A stretch of 64,000 bases of DNA from an uncultured Gemmatimonadales bacterium (GTDB lineage Bacteria > Gemmatimonadota > Gemmatimonadetes > Longimicrobiales > Gaopeijiaceae): assembly GCA_963823035.1 (NCBI GenBank), contig CAWGKG010000007.1, positions 32,001 to 96,000 on the forward strand. The letters are read 5' to 3'. Within the stretch, counting starts at the first letter, position 1. The number at the start of each line of letters is the position of its first letter. The position numbers were made by a program, and so were the translations under genes. A model generated the notes under the pieces. That model searched no databases. It saw nothing but the letters and a program-made list of their open reading frames with translations, and was not told where the DNA came from. Shown piece after piece: positions 1 through 12,315 of this stretch.

Positions 1-946
1 GGCCGGGGCGCGCGTCGCGAACATGGAGTTCATCCAGTTCCATCCGACGGCGCTGCACCCCACCGAGGACCCCGCCTTCCTCATCTCCGAGGCGGTGCGC
101 GGCGAAGGCGCGGTGCTACGCACGCTGGACGGCGAGTCCTTCATGGACCGCTACCATCCGCTGGCCTCCCTGGCGCCGCGGGACATCGTGGCGAGGGCGA
201 TCGACCGCGAGCTCAAGGAGCACGGGGACACGCACGTCCTCCTCGACGTCTCGGCCATCCCGCAGCGTGAGATGGAGGAGCGTTTCCCGGGCGCCGTCGC
301 GGGGTGCCATGAGCGCGGCGTCGACCCCGCGGACGGCATCCCCGTGGTCCCTGCGGCCCACTACGTGTGCGGTGGCGTGCTCACCGACAGCATGGGGCAC
401 ACCAGCGTCGCCGGCCTCTTCGCCACGGGCGAGGTGGCGTGCTCCGGCGTGCACGGGGCGAACCGCCTCGCGTCCAACTCGCTCCTCGAAGCGGTCGTGT
501 TCGCGGACCGCGCCGCGCGCATGGTGTCGTACCGTCTGGAGACCACGAACGGTCGGCGGCCGAGCTTCCCCCCGGTCCCCACGGACCTGCCGGCGCCCGG
601 CACGGAGGAGGTCGACGACGACGGGATCGCCTCCCGCCGCAAGGAGCTACGCGACCTGATGTGGGAGCTCGTCGGCATCGTGCGCTCGGACGAACGGCTC
701 GAGCACGCGGAGGGGGAGATCGCGCGCCTCTCCACGGGCGAGGCCCTGCGCTGGCTGCGCACCCGCTGGACGGCGGACGGCGCGGAGCTGCGCAACCTCC
801 TGCAGGTGGCGGAGCTCATCGTCCGCTGCGCCCGCCTGCGCCGCGAGAGCCGCGGGCTGCACTACACGCTCGACCATCCATACCGGGACAACGAGCGCTG
901 CCTGCACGACACCGTGGTGAGCCGGGCCGGCGGGCTTCCCTGGTGA
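1..946 (+). CDS. nadB: L-aspartate oxidase, C-terminal part (5' end outside window)
   Basis: MEFIQFHPT, LISEAVRGEG, LAPRDIVAR, PAAHYVCGG, GVHGANRLASNSLLE and RESRGLHY motifs. Confidence 0.93.
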   Translation, partial: AGARVANMEFIQFHPTALHPTEDPAFLISEAVRGEGAVLRTLDGESFMDRYHPLASLAPRDIVARAIDRELKEHGDTHVLLDVSAIPQREMEERFPGAVAGCHERGVDPADGIPVVPAAHYVCGGVLTDSMGHTSVAGLFATGEVACSGVHGANRLASNSLLEAVVFADRAARMVSYRLETTNGRRPSFPPVPTDLPAPGTEEVDDDGIASRRKELRDLMWELVGIVRSDERLEHAEGEIARLSTGEALRWLRTRWTADGAELRNLLQVAELIVRCARLRRESRGLHYTLDHPYRDNERCLHDTVVSRAGGLPW

Positions 947-1417
947 AGGTGGTCGTCCTCGCGGTGGGGAAGGTCCGGGGCGCGCTCGCCGATGCCGTCG
1001 AGGAGTACGAAGAGCGCGCCCGCCGGTACTGGAAGCTCGACGTGATCGAGGTGGACGCAGGCGCGCCCGGTCGCGATCCGCGAGCCGGAGCGCGTCATGG
1101 AGGCCGAGGCCGAGCGCATGCTGCCGCGTCTCCCCGTCGGCGCCTCCGTCTTCGCGCTGACGCGGGAGGGGAAGGGGATGGGATCCCGAGCGCTCGCCCG
1201 CGCGTTGGAGGAACAAGCGGTGCGCTCCTCGCCCGGCGTCGCGTTCTTGATCGGCGGGGCGCACGGTCTGTCCCCCTCGGTCCTGTCCCGGGCGGACCGA
1301 AACCTCTCGTTGTCCGACATGACCCTTCCGCACGAGATGGCGCGCCTGGTGCTCGCCGAGCAGCTCTACCGCGCCGGCACGATCCTGCGCGGAGAGCCGT
1401 ACCACAAAGGAGCCTGA
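943..1417 (+). CDS. rlmH: 23S rRNA pseudouridine-1915 N3-methyltransferase (frameshift near 1070-1090)
   Basis: GTG start overlapping nadB stop gives VKVVVLAVGK; C-terminal FLIGGAHG, LSLSDMTLPHEMARLVLAEQLYRA..GEPYHK. Confidence 0.93.
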
Positions 1418-1418
1418 C

Positions 1419-3027
1419 TTGCCCGACGCGTCGCCCAACCTCGAACTCATCGTCGCCCCCCCTTCCGGTGCCCCCGTGGTACGGGACTACCTCGAGGGCA
1501 GGCCCGAGGCGACGGCCTTCTTCGAGGGGCACTTCACGGACGTGACCGCCTACGAGGCGAAGGCGGCCGAGGTCGACGCGCGCTTCGACCGTGACGCCCG
1601 CGAGCGCGCCGCGGCCGCGATGCACCTCCCCGCGGGAGGCGACCCCACACGGCTCGAACGCTTCGTCGAGGAGGGCGGGTGGGTCGTCACCACCGGCCAG
1701 CAGCCCGCCCTCTTCGGGGGGCCCCTCTACAACGTGTACAAGGCGCTCACCGTCGTCCGGCTGGCCGAGGCCCTGGAGGGACGTCTGGGGCGGACCGTCC
1801 TTCCGCTGTTCTGGGTCGGCTCGGAAGACCATGACTGGGACGAGGCCAACCACACCGGCATCGTGGGCGTGGACAACGAGCTGCACGAGCCCGTGCTCCC
1901 GGCTCCCGATCCGGACGTCCATCCGGCCATCCATCGGATCCCGATGGGGCCCGACGTGGTGGCGCTGCGCGACGCCTTCCTCGACTGCCTGCCCGAGACC
2001 GATTTCAGCGCGCCCTATCGACGACCTCCTGCGCGAGGCCGCGGTGGACCGGGCGACGCTGGCCGACGGCTTCCGCCGCATCATGGAGTCTCTCCTGGGC
2101 CGGTTCGGGCTGCTCTTCACCGACGCGGCGGAACCGGCGCTCAAGGCCGCCTCGGCGCCGGCGCTTCGCAGGGAGCTGGAGCGTTCCGAGGAGATGGAGG
2201 CGGTGCTGGCGGAGACGGACCGCCGCCTGCAGGAGGCCGGCTACGGCCTCCAGGTGTCGCTCATGGAAGGAGGGGTGAACCTCTTCCTCGAGAGCGAGGC
2301 GGGGCGAGAGCGGATCTACCGCGAGGACGGGGGCTACCGCCTGCGCCTGTCCGGCGCCCATCTGTCGGCCGAGGAGATCCTCTCGCGCGCGGCGGCGGAT
2401 CCGGCGGCGCTCAGTCCGAACGTCTTCCTCCGCCCGGTCGTCGAGAGCACCGCGTTCCCCACGCTCGCCTACGTGGCCGGGCCGGGGGAGATCGCGTATT
2501 TCGCCCAGCTGCGCGACTACTTCTCCGCCCACGGCATCCGCATGCCGGTCATCCATCCGCGCTTCGGCGCCACCGTGGTCGAAACGAAGATCCGCAAGGT
2601 GCTCGACAAGTTCGGCCTCGACGTCCCGGCGCTCGACCGCCCGTTCCACGAGATCGCCAGCGACGTGACGCGCGAGGAGGTCCCCGCCGAGGTGCGGCGA
2701 GCGCTCGGCACCCTGCGCGGTGCGTTGGGGAAGGGCGTCGGGGAGCTGGAGGCCGCGGTGAAGGCGGTCGACCCGACCTTGAAGGGCCCCGTCCAGCACA
2801 TGCGCGGCCAGGCCATGGGCGCGCTGGACGAGGTCGAGAAGAAGGTGGTGCATGCGCTGAAGCGCGAGAACGAGATCGCCCTCGCTCAGCTCGAGAAGGC
2901 GCAGCTCCATCTCTTTCCCCGGGGCAAGCCACAGGAGCGCGTCATGAACCCCTTCTACTACCTGACGCGCTACGGTCCGGCCTTCCTGGACGAGGCCCAC
3001 CGACGCTTCGAGGTGAACGTCGGCTGA
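1419..3027 (+). CDS. bshC: Bacillithiol biosynthesis cysteine-adding enzyme (frameshift near 2015)
   Basis: VVTTGQQPALFGGPLYNVYKA, FWVGSEDHDWDEANH, SPNVFLRPV, YVAGPGEIAYFAQL, PQER across two frames. Confidence 0.92.
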
Positions 3028-3115
3028 CCCTGGAGCGTAGAGTTGGAGGTAGCAACGCTCCCTCGGCCGGTCCCTCCCGTTGATCTCGACCGGGGCCGCC
3101 GCCTAACTTCGGTCC

Positions 3116-3400
3116 ATGTTCTTGCCTCTGATCCTGGTGCTCGTCGTCCTGATCCCCCTCCTGGCGATCGTTCTCGATTCCCAGCTGGGCCGGGCGCTCG
3201 CGTCCAGGCTCGAGCGCCGCGGCCTCGACGGCCCTCCGGACCTCATGGCCGAACGCATGGCCTTCCTCGAGGGAGAGGTCGAGCGGCTCACGAACGAGAT
3301 CTCCCGCCTCGACGAAGAGAGTCAGTTCCTGCACAAGCTCCTCGAAGAGCGGCATCCGGACGAAGGCGCCGCGCTGCCACCGGGTGAGTCCCAGGACTGA
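3116..3400 (+). CDS. Small single-pass membrane protein with coiled-coil tail
   Basis: Hydrophobic N-terminus then heptad-like ERMAFLEGEVERLTNEISRL; typical codon usage. Confidence 0.7.
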   Translation: MFLPLILVLVVLIPLLAIVLDSQLGRALASRLERRGLDGPPDLMAERMAFLEGEVERLTNEISRLDEESQFLHKLLEERHPDEGAALPPGESQD

Positions 3401-4982
3401 CGCGGCTCCGCCGCGTCCGGGAAGCCCGGACGAGGCGCGACGGGGAGCCCGCGCCGCCACCAGGGTGGGCGCGGGCATCTTTTTGAGCCGCATCTTCGGC
3501 TTCGTCCGGCAGAGGGTGTTCGCGCACTTCTTCGGCGCCAGCCTCTTCGCCGACGCGTGGGGCGCCGCCGTGCGCATGCCCAACGTGATCCAGAACCTCC
3601 TGGGCGAAGGCACGCTGTCGGCGTCGCTGATCCCGGTGTACGTCGAGCTCCTGGAGGAGGGGCGGGAGGAGGAGGCCGGTCGGTTCGCCGGCGCGGCCCT
3701 GGGCATCCTCACGGCCTTGGCGTCCACGCTCGCGCTCCTGGGGGTCCTGCTCGCGCCCTTCCTCGTACGCCTCCTGTTCTGGGAGTGGAGCCCGGAGCAG
3801 CAGGCGATCACGACGACGCTCGTTCGCATCCTCTTCCCGATGACGGGCGTGCTGGTCGTCTCGGCGTGGGCGCTCGGCATCCTCAACAGCCACAGGCGCT
3901 TCTTCGTCTCGTACGTGGCCCCGGTGCTGTGGAACCTGGCCCAGATCGCCGCGCTCGTGACCTTCGGCCTCTACCTCGCCTTCGGCCAGCGCGCCCTGGT
4001 GGTGGCGCTCGCCTGGGGAGCGCTCGTGGGCGGCGTGCTCCAGTTCGCGGTCCAGATCCCGTTCGTGGTGCCGCACATGAAGGGCTTCCGCCTCTCCCTG
4101 GGGCGGAACGTGACCGGGGTCCGCGAGGCGATCCGGAACTTCACGCCCGTGGTGGCGGCCCGGGGCGTGGTGAACCTCACGGGGTGGATCGACACCGTGC
4201 TGGCCGGGCTCCTGGCGACGGGCGCCGTGGCGCTGCTCGGCTACGCCCAGACCTTCTACATGCTGCCGATCTCGCTCTTCGGGATGTCGGTGGCCGCATC
4301 GGAGCTGCCCGAGCTGTCGCGCATGAGGGTCGAGGCGGAGGCGGCGCTCGCCGGCCGCGTGTCCGCGGCCCTCCGCAGGGTGGCCTTCTTCCTGGTGCCC
4401 AGCACGCTGGGCTACCTCTTCCTCGGCGACGTCGCCGTGGGGGCGCTCTACGAGACGGGCGCGTTCGGCGGCGCGGACACGCTGGCCACCTGGGCGATCC
4501 TGGCGGCGTTCTCCGTCGGTCTTCCCGCCACGGCCAGCTCTCGCGTGCTCTCCTCGGCGTTCTACGCGCTGCACGACACGCGCACGCCGGCTCGCATCGC
4601 CTATCTGCGCGTCGGCGTCGCGTCCGTGTCGGGATTCCTCCTCATGTTCCCCATGGACGGCTTCTCGATCGCGTCCCGCCACCTCGGCGCGGCCGGTCTC
4701 GCCCTGGGTGCCTCCGCCGGCGGTTGGATCGAGTACCTCCTGCTACGGCGAGCCCTTTCGCGGCGCATCGGAGCCCACGGCGCCGGCTCCTCTCCGGTCC
4801 TGCGCATCACCCTCGCGTCGACGGTGGCGGTCGCGGCGGGGGTAGGCCTCCAGCTCGTGCTGCCTCCCGCACACCCTGCCCTCGTGGCGGTGGAAACGCT
4901 GCTGCCCGTCGGGGTAGTCTACCTCGCCGCGACCGCGGCCCTCGGCGTGGGGATGCCCCTGCGCCGCGGACGCACTTCCTAG
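3384..4982 (+). CDS. murJ: Lipid II flippase
   Basis: LSRIFGFVRQ, RMPNVIQNLLGEGTLSASLIPV, FYALHDTRTP; multi-TM. Confidence 0.95.
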   Translation: MSPRTDAAPPRPGSPDEARRGARAATRVGAGIFLSRIFGFVRQRVFAHFFGASLFADAWGAAVRMPNVIQNLLGEGTLSASLIPVYVELLEEGREEEAGRFAGAALGILTALASTLALLGVLLAPFLVRLLFWEWSPEQQAITTTLVRILFPMTGVLVVSAWALGILNSHRRFFVSYVAPVLWNLAQIAALVTFGLYLAFGQRALVVALAWGALVGGVLQFAVQIPFVVPHMKGFRLSLGRNVTGVREAIRNFTPVVAARGVVNLTGWIDTVLAGLLATGAVALLGYAQTFYMLPISLFGMSVAASELPELSRMRVEAEAALAGRVSAALRRVAFFLVPSTLGYLFLGDVAVGALYETGAFGGADTLATWAILAAFSVGLPATASSRVLSSAFYALHDTRTPARIAYLRVGVASVSGFLLMFPMDGFSIASRHLGAAGLALGASAGGWIEYLLLRRALSRRIGAHGAGSSPVLRITLASTVAVAAGVGLQLVLPPAHPALVAVETLLPVGVVYLAATAALGVGMPLRRGRTS

Positions 4983-5026
4983 CCGAGCGGCTCCACGCTG
5001 AGCACGCCCGCCGTTCCCGGACCGCC

Positions 5027-8298
<3,272 letters not shown>

Positions 8299-8302
<4 letters not shown>

Positions 8303-8327
8303 CGCCGTTTTCGGGCGTTTCTAAGTT
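8299..8327 (+). promoter_or_regulatory. Sigma70-type promoter for the TPR lipoprotein
   Basis: TTGACG-17 bp-TAAGTT in an AT-rich gap. Confidence 0.55.
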
Positions 8328-8369
8328 ATTCGGTCTGACCACTACACGATCTCAAGGGAGGATCACCGG

Positions 8370-9794
8370 ATGAAGATCCGCTTCGGACTCGTCTTCACCC
8401 TGGCGCTCGCCACGGGCGCCTGCGCCGGAGGCGCGTCCTCGGGCGGCCCGCCGGCGGGCGGCGCCATGCCCATCGCGGGCGGGACCACGCTGCAGCAGGG
8501 CGAGCGCCCACGCGACGACGAGGACACGCGGGCCGCTCAGCGGTCGCTCGCGCAGGCTCAGGACATGCAGGACCAGAGCCAGGCCGAGGCGCTCTACATG
8601 CAAGCGCTGACCTCGGCCCGTGCCGCGATCGCGGCCGACTCCACAAACCCGCTCGCCTACCGCCTGGCCGGCGTGGCCGCGATCGGCGCCGGTGACTACC
8701 AGCAGGCGGACACCTACCTCGACCGCGCCGAGAAGCTCCGGCCGATCTACCAGCTCGAGACGGAGGGCATCCGCGAGCAGGCGTGGCTCGACCTCTACAA
8801 CCAGGCCGCCCCGCTGGTGAGCCAGGGCCAGTACGCGGAGGCCGCGCAGGTCTTCGAGAAGGCCAACGCGATCTACGACCAGCGCCCCGAGGTCATGATC
8901 ACGCTCGGCCAGATCTACGCGCAGATGCGCGAGCACGACAAGGCGCTCGAGAACCTGGACCGGGCCCAGGCGCTCATCGACTCCGACAAGATGCAGGAGG
9001 TCGACTCCGCGACGGCCGCCAGCTGGCGGGAGTCCGCGGCGGCGATCCCCCTGACCAAGGCCTCCGTCCTCGCCGACGCGGGTCGCTTCGAGGAGGCGGC
9101 GGCGATCTTCCGCCAGCTCCACGAACAGGACCCGAACAACGTGGAGATGGCGCGCAACCTCGCGGCCATGCTCGTCCAGATGGGCAACACCCAGGAGGCG
9201 TTCCAGGTCTACGACGATCTCCTCAACCGGCCGGGGCTGTCGAACGCGGACCTGTACAACATCGGCGTCGGCTTCTACCAGGGCTCGGACTACGAACGTG
9301 CGGCCCAGGCGTTCAGGAAGGCCGCGGAGGCCAGTCCGAAGGACCGTGACGCCATCGAGATGTGGGCGAGGTCACTCCAGATCGACTCGGCCTACGCCGA
9401 GGTCCCGACCGCGACGGAGCGTTGGATCGAGTTGGATCCGAACAACCAGAACGCCTACCTGATCATGGCGCAGGCCGTCAACCAGACGGGCGACAGCAAG
9501 CAGGCCTCGGAGCTCGTGGGCAAGATCGAAGCGCTCCAGGTCACGGTGAACGACCTCCAGCTCGTGCGCAGCAGCGAGGGTGCCTCGGCGACGGGCACCG
9601 TGATCAACAAGACCCTCGCTCCGGGCACCAACGTGACGTTGAGCTTCACGTTCTACGACACGAACGGGAACCAGGTGGCCACGGCCACCAAGAGCGTGTC
9701 GGTCGGCGCGACCGACTCGCCGACCAGCTTCCAGGTCGACGCGACCTCGAGCACCCCGATCGCGGGGTACGGCTACACGCTCAAGGTCGGCTGA
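8370..9794 (+). CDS. TPR-repeat lipoprotein with C-terminal beta-sandwich (FxLYD-like) domain
   Basis: Signal peptide with ATGAC lipobox; many TPR-like helices; FTFYDTNG beta domain. Confidence 0.8.
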   Translation: MKIRFGLVFTLALATGACAGGASSGGPPAGGAMPIAGGTTLQQGERPRDDEDTRAAQRSLAQAQDMQDQSQAEALYMQALTSARAAIAADSTNPLAYRLAGVAAIGAGDYQQADTYLDRAEKLRPIYQLETEGIREQAWLDLYNQAAPLVSQGQYAEAAQVFEKANAIYDQRPEVMITLGQIYAQMREHDKALENLDRAQALIDSDKMQEVDSATAASWRESAAAIPLTKASVLADAGRFEEAAAIFRQLHEQDPNNVEMARNLAAMLVQMGNTQEAFQVYDDLLNRPGLSNADLYNIGVGFYQGSDYERAAQAFRKAAEASPKDRDAIEMWARSLQIDSAYAEVPTATERWIELDPNNQNAYLIMAQAVNQTGDSKQASELVGKIEALQVTVNDLQLVRSSEGASATGTVINKTLAPGTNVTLSFTFYDTNGNQVATATKSVSVGATDSPTSFQVDATSSTPIAGYGYTLKVG

Positions 9795-9825
9795 TCGTCC
9801 GTCCCCTCCCGTCGTAGAGGTCACG

Positions 9826-9863
9826 GGAAGGGGCGGCCCGGCGTGAGCCGGGCCGCCCCTTCC
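9826..9863 (+). terminator. Hairpin, probable terminator
   Basis: 17-bp perfect stem GGAAGGGGCGGCCCGGC with GTGA loop; no strong U-tract. Confidence 0.65.
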
Positions 9864-9892
9864 GCGCGCACGGCCGCGCACGGAAGTGCTGC

Positions 9893-9920
9893 TTGACCCC
9901 CTCCGGGCCACTGCTAGATT
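9893..9920 (+). promoter_or_regulatory. tRNA-Gly promoter
   Basis: TTGACC-16 bp-(TGC)TAGATT, ending 10 bp before the tRNA. Confidence 0.6.
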
Positions 9921-9930
9921 TTCCATCCAT

Positions 9931-10003
9931 GCGGGCGTAGCTCAGTTGGTAGAGCATCAGCTTCCCAAGCTGAGGGTCGCCGGTTCGAACCCGGTCGCCC
10001 GCT
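9931..10003 (+). tRNA. tRNA-Gly(CCC)
   Basis: GCGGGCG acceptor stem, anticodon arm TCAGC-TTCCCAA-GCTGA, GGTTCGAAC T-loop; no encoded CCA. Confidence 0.96.
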
Positions 10004-10014
10004 CTGGAGTCAAG

Positions 10015-10052
10015 CGAAGCGCCGCAGGGCTTTGAGGCTCTGCGGCGCTTCG
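10015..10052 (+). terminator. Hairpin after tRNA-Gly
   Basis: CGAAGCGCCGCAGGGC-TTTGAG-GCTCTGCGGCGCTTCG, 16-bp stem with one G-U. Confidence 0.65.
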
Positions 10053-10149
10053 TTCGTTCCCGGGTGCGGTGTCGATAGCGGTGACAGTAGACCCGGAATT
10101 CGATCGTTGATCAGGTACCCGCTGAGGCCCCCTCCAGTGCCTCGAGACG

Positions 10150-11068
10150 CCCGCCAAGCACCTCCCGGAAGTCCTCGACGAGGTACGAGACATTCTCGCC
10201 GGCGATGGCGAACCTGGCCCCTGTGGCCGTACACCAGCTCCACCATGTCGGTCGACGAGTGGCCGAGTTCCCGGGCGACGTGCCACGGGGGCACCGTGGT
10301 CAAGTGTCTGCAAGCGCGCCGCCGTGTACGCTGGAAGGAAACGTCGTCCACCTCGAGACCCAGCACCTCCGACTTGCCGCCGCCGGTGAGGAGGAACGTG
10401 GCGAGGAGCGGGTAGATGTGGGGGTTCGCGTTCGCTGAGATGGCGCCGCCATGGGCCTGTCGCTGTGGCTCGGTCAAGGGCTGGTACGTTCGGACGCTTT
10501 CGAGCAGCAGGGCAGCCTCGTGGACCTCTAGCCACCGCGCCTCCTCCCGTCTCGGGGCAGGCTTCTCCATCAGCGCGCTGACGGGGGGGGCACGTAGCCC
10601 TCGGAGGCCGCACGTCGGTAGAGGCTCGAGAGCGCGTTGAGCCGGTGCCGGACCGTGCCCCCCGAGAGCCGTTCACGCCCGCTTCCTCTGCGGGCTCCGA
10701 GCCGCTCGGCCCACGCCCGCACATCCTCCACCCGGATGGCGGTGAGGAGTCGTTCCTCGCCGAAATGGTCGATGGCCTCGCAGAGGACCTTCTCCGTCGC
10801 ATCCATCCATCGACGCGACGTCCTCCCATCCTTGGCCTTCGCGACGAGATGATGGCCGGCGAACGCCTTGAGGGTTGCCTCCCTTTCAACGCCGACGAGG
10901 ACCTTGTTCCGCCGGCGCCCCTCCAGCTCCTTGACCCGATCGGCTGCGAGCTGGGCAGCGATGTCGGGGTCGGTGGTGGCGGTCTCGGTGTCGGGGAGCC
11001 TCAAGGCCTCTCGGCCCCCGCCGACGTCGGCGAAGTCCCGGAAGTCGCCGTACGCGCGGCGCTCTCCG
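10150..11068 (-). pseudogene. Tyrosine recombinase/integrase, decayed (3' boundary approximate)
   Basis: Core-binding region (TVRHRLNALSSLYRRA); LLTGGGKSEVLGL with the catalytic Arg lost; HxxR segment absent; ARELGHSSTDMVELVYGH; frameshift at ~10570. Confidence 0.85.
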
Positions 11069-11069
11069 C

Positions 11070-11387
11070 TACCGCACCCACGGGTTCGTCTCCGCGGCTT
11101 AGGCGCGCGACACGGGCTTTTCGGACGCGGATCTCGAGTTGCTGTGGAGCGCCCTGACAGAAATGGTCGAGCATGATCGCTCCGCCGCCCGGGGCATGAT
11201 GGCCACGCGCGGCCTGTATGTCTTTGAGCATGCGTCCGAGCTCGGCTCTGCGCCGGCGTACCAGCTCTTGGATCGGGTCAGCGTGACCCGGCGAAACGGC
11301 GTGCCGAGGCGTTTCGAGGACTTCGACGTCCAGATCGATGATGGCGGCCTCCCCGCGGGGGTGACGCTTCGACGCCTGGTCGGCTGA
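11070..11387 (+). pseudogene. cas7: Type I-C Cas7 (Csd2) C-terminal fragment
   Basis: [62 protein letters not shown]; in-frame TAG at 11100-11102; 5' two-thirds missing. Confidence 0.9.
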
Positions 11388-11503
11388 TACGGGTGTCTAC
11401 CAGTACTACCCGCACGCCCGGGCCGGCTCTGCAGGCCAGTCCTACAGGGTTCGCGGATACACACTGGCAACGCCACGCGACGGCGGTAGTTACGGTACGT
11501 ACG
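11388..11503 (+). promoter_or_regulatory. Putative CRISPR leader
   Basis: Non-coding, lower-GC 116 bp between the cas7 stop and first repeat; contains GGGTTCGCG, reminiscent of type I-C leaders. Confidence 0.55.
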
Positions 11504-11604
11504 GTCGCCCCCCGCGTGGGGGGCGTGGATCGCAACACCGAGGAGGACCCGTTCGTGGTCCAAGGCGAAGTCGCCCCTCGCCCTGGGGGGGCGTGGATCG
11601 GGAC
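11504..11604 (+). CRISPR. Type I-C mini-array: 2 repeats, 1 spacer
   Basis: GTCGCCCCCCGCGTGGGGGGCGTGGATCGCAAC (11504-11536), 33-nt spacer (11537-11569), degenerate GTCGCCCCTCGCCCTGGGGGGGCGTGGATCGGGAC (11570-11604); hairpin repeat of I-C form. Confidence 0.88.
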
Positions 11605-12000
11605 GTGAAGCACGGGGACGGGGCCCGGCACCAACCGGCCCGACTTATCGGGAGGGGGATGCCCCGCGGTGAAAATCCCGGTGCCAAACCCGGTTGACGT
11701 CCGCGAGCGTAGGAGCGCGGAGACGTTGGTGTCTCCGGCTCTATTGACGCCGGCTGGCGAGCCAGGTGCACTTCCCAACCTGAGGGTCGTCACGACGCAG
11801 GCCGCCATCGGGATGGAGAAGTTGTCCACCGCGTGACTCGGCTGCTGGAACCCGTCTCAGGCCCTCTCGATGCGTGTGTCCCAATTGTGTCCCCCTACTC
11901 GGCGAGGTCCGGCGGAACGCCGTGAGGAGGAGGCGGACTCTGCGTGTGAGTGCGTGGCGAACGGCGGAGTTCGCCGCATTCCGCAAGCACCTGGGCGTCC

Positions 12001-12040
12001 TTACGCGCAGGGGGTCGGCGGTTCGAATCCGTCAGCGCCC
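12001..12040 (+). repeat. 3' half of a tRNA (Val-like), att-site relic
   Basis: TTACGCGCAGGGGGTCGGCGGTTCGAATCCGTCAGCGCCC: T-arm GGCGG-TTCGAAT-CCGTC and acceptor 3' strand, no 5' half. Confidence 0.7.
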
Positions 12041-12315
12041 GCCTACGTCTCCGGGCGGGATGTCTTCTCCAGTGATGGCCGAAGCCACCCACCGCCCACA
12101 CTGGCCGTCCCGACGGCGGAACCCGGAGCGCGGGGGCCGGGCCGGTCACCCGTCCGCGATGTGCGTCCGCGGGACTGTTGTCGCGCAGGGACCTTGGGCA
12201 CTATCGTAGCCACGCCGCCGCCCGCGGGACTTCGACACCTCTGTCCGATCTCGTTTCGCCACGTGGTGGTCGCAGGAATCCAACCGTGGTGGAACCGCGG
12301 TCCGGAGGGACGGCC

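Larger units (their letters stand above)
9961..11789. mobile_element. Degenerate tRNA-Gly-integrated element (integrase relic, cas7 fragment, mini-CRISPR)
   Basis: Direct repeats CTTCCCAAGCTGAGGGTCG (9961-9979) and CTTCCCAACCTGAGGGTCG (11771-11789); integrase remnant next to the tRNA. Confidence 0.8.

Noticed and set aside
11605..11700. A third CRISPR repeat or second spacer
   Set aside because: No GTCGC...GTGGAT match at the expected spacing after 11604.
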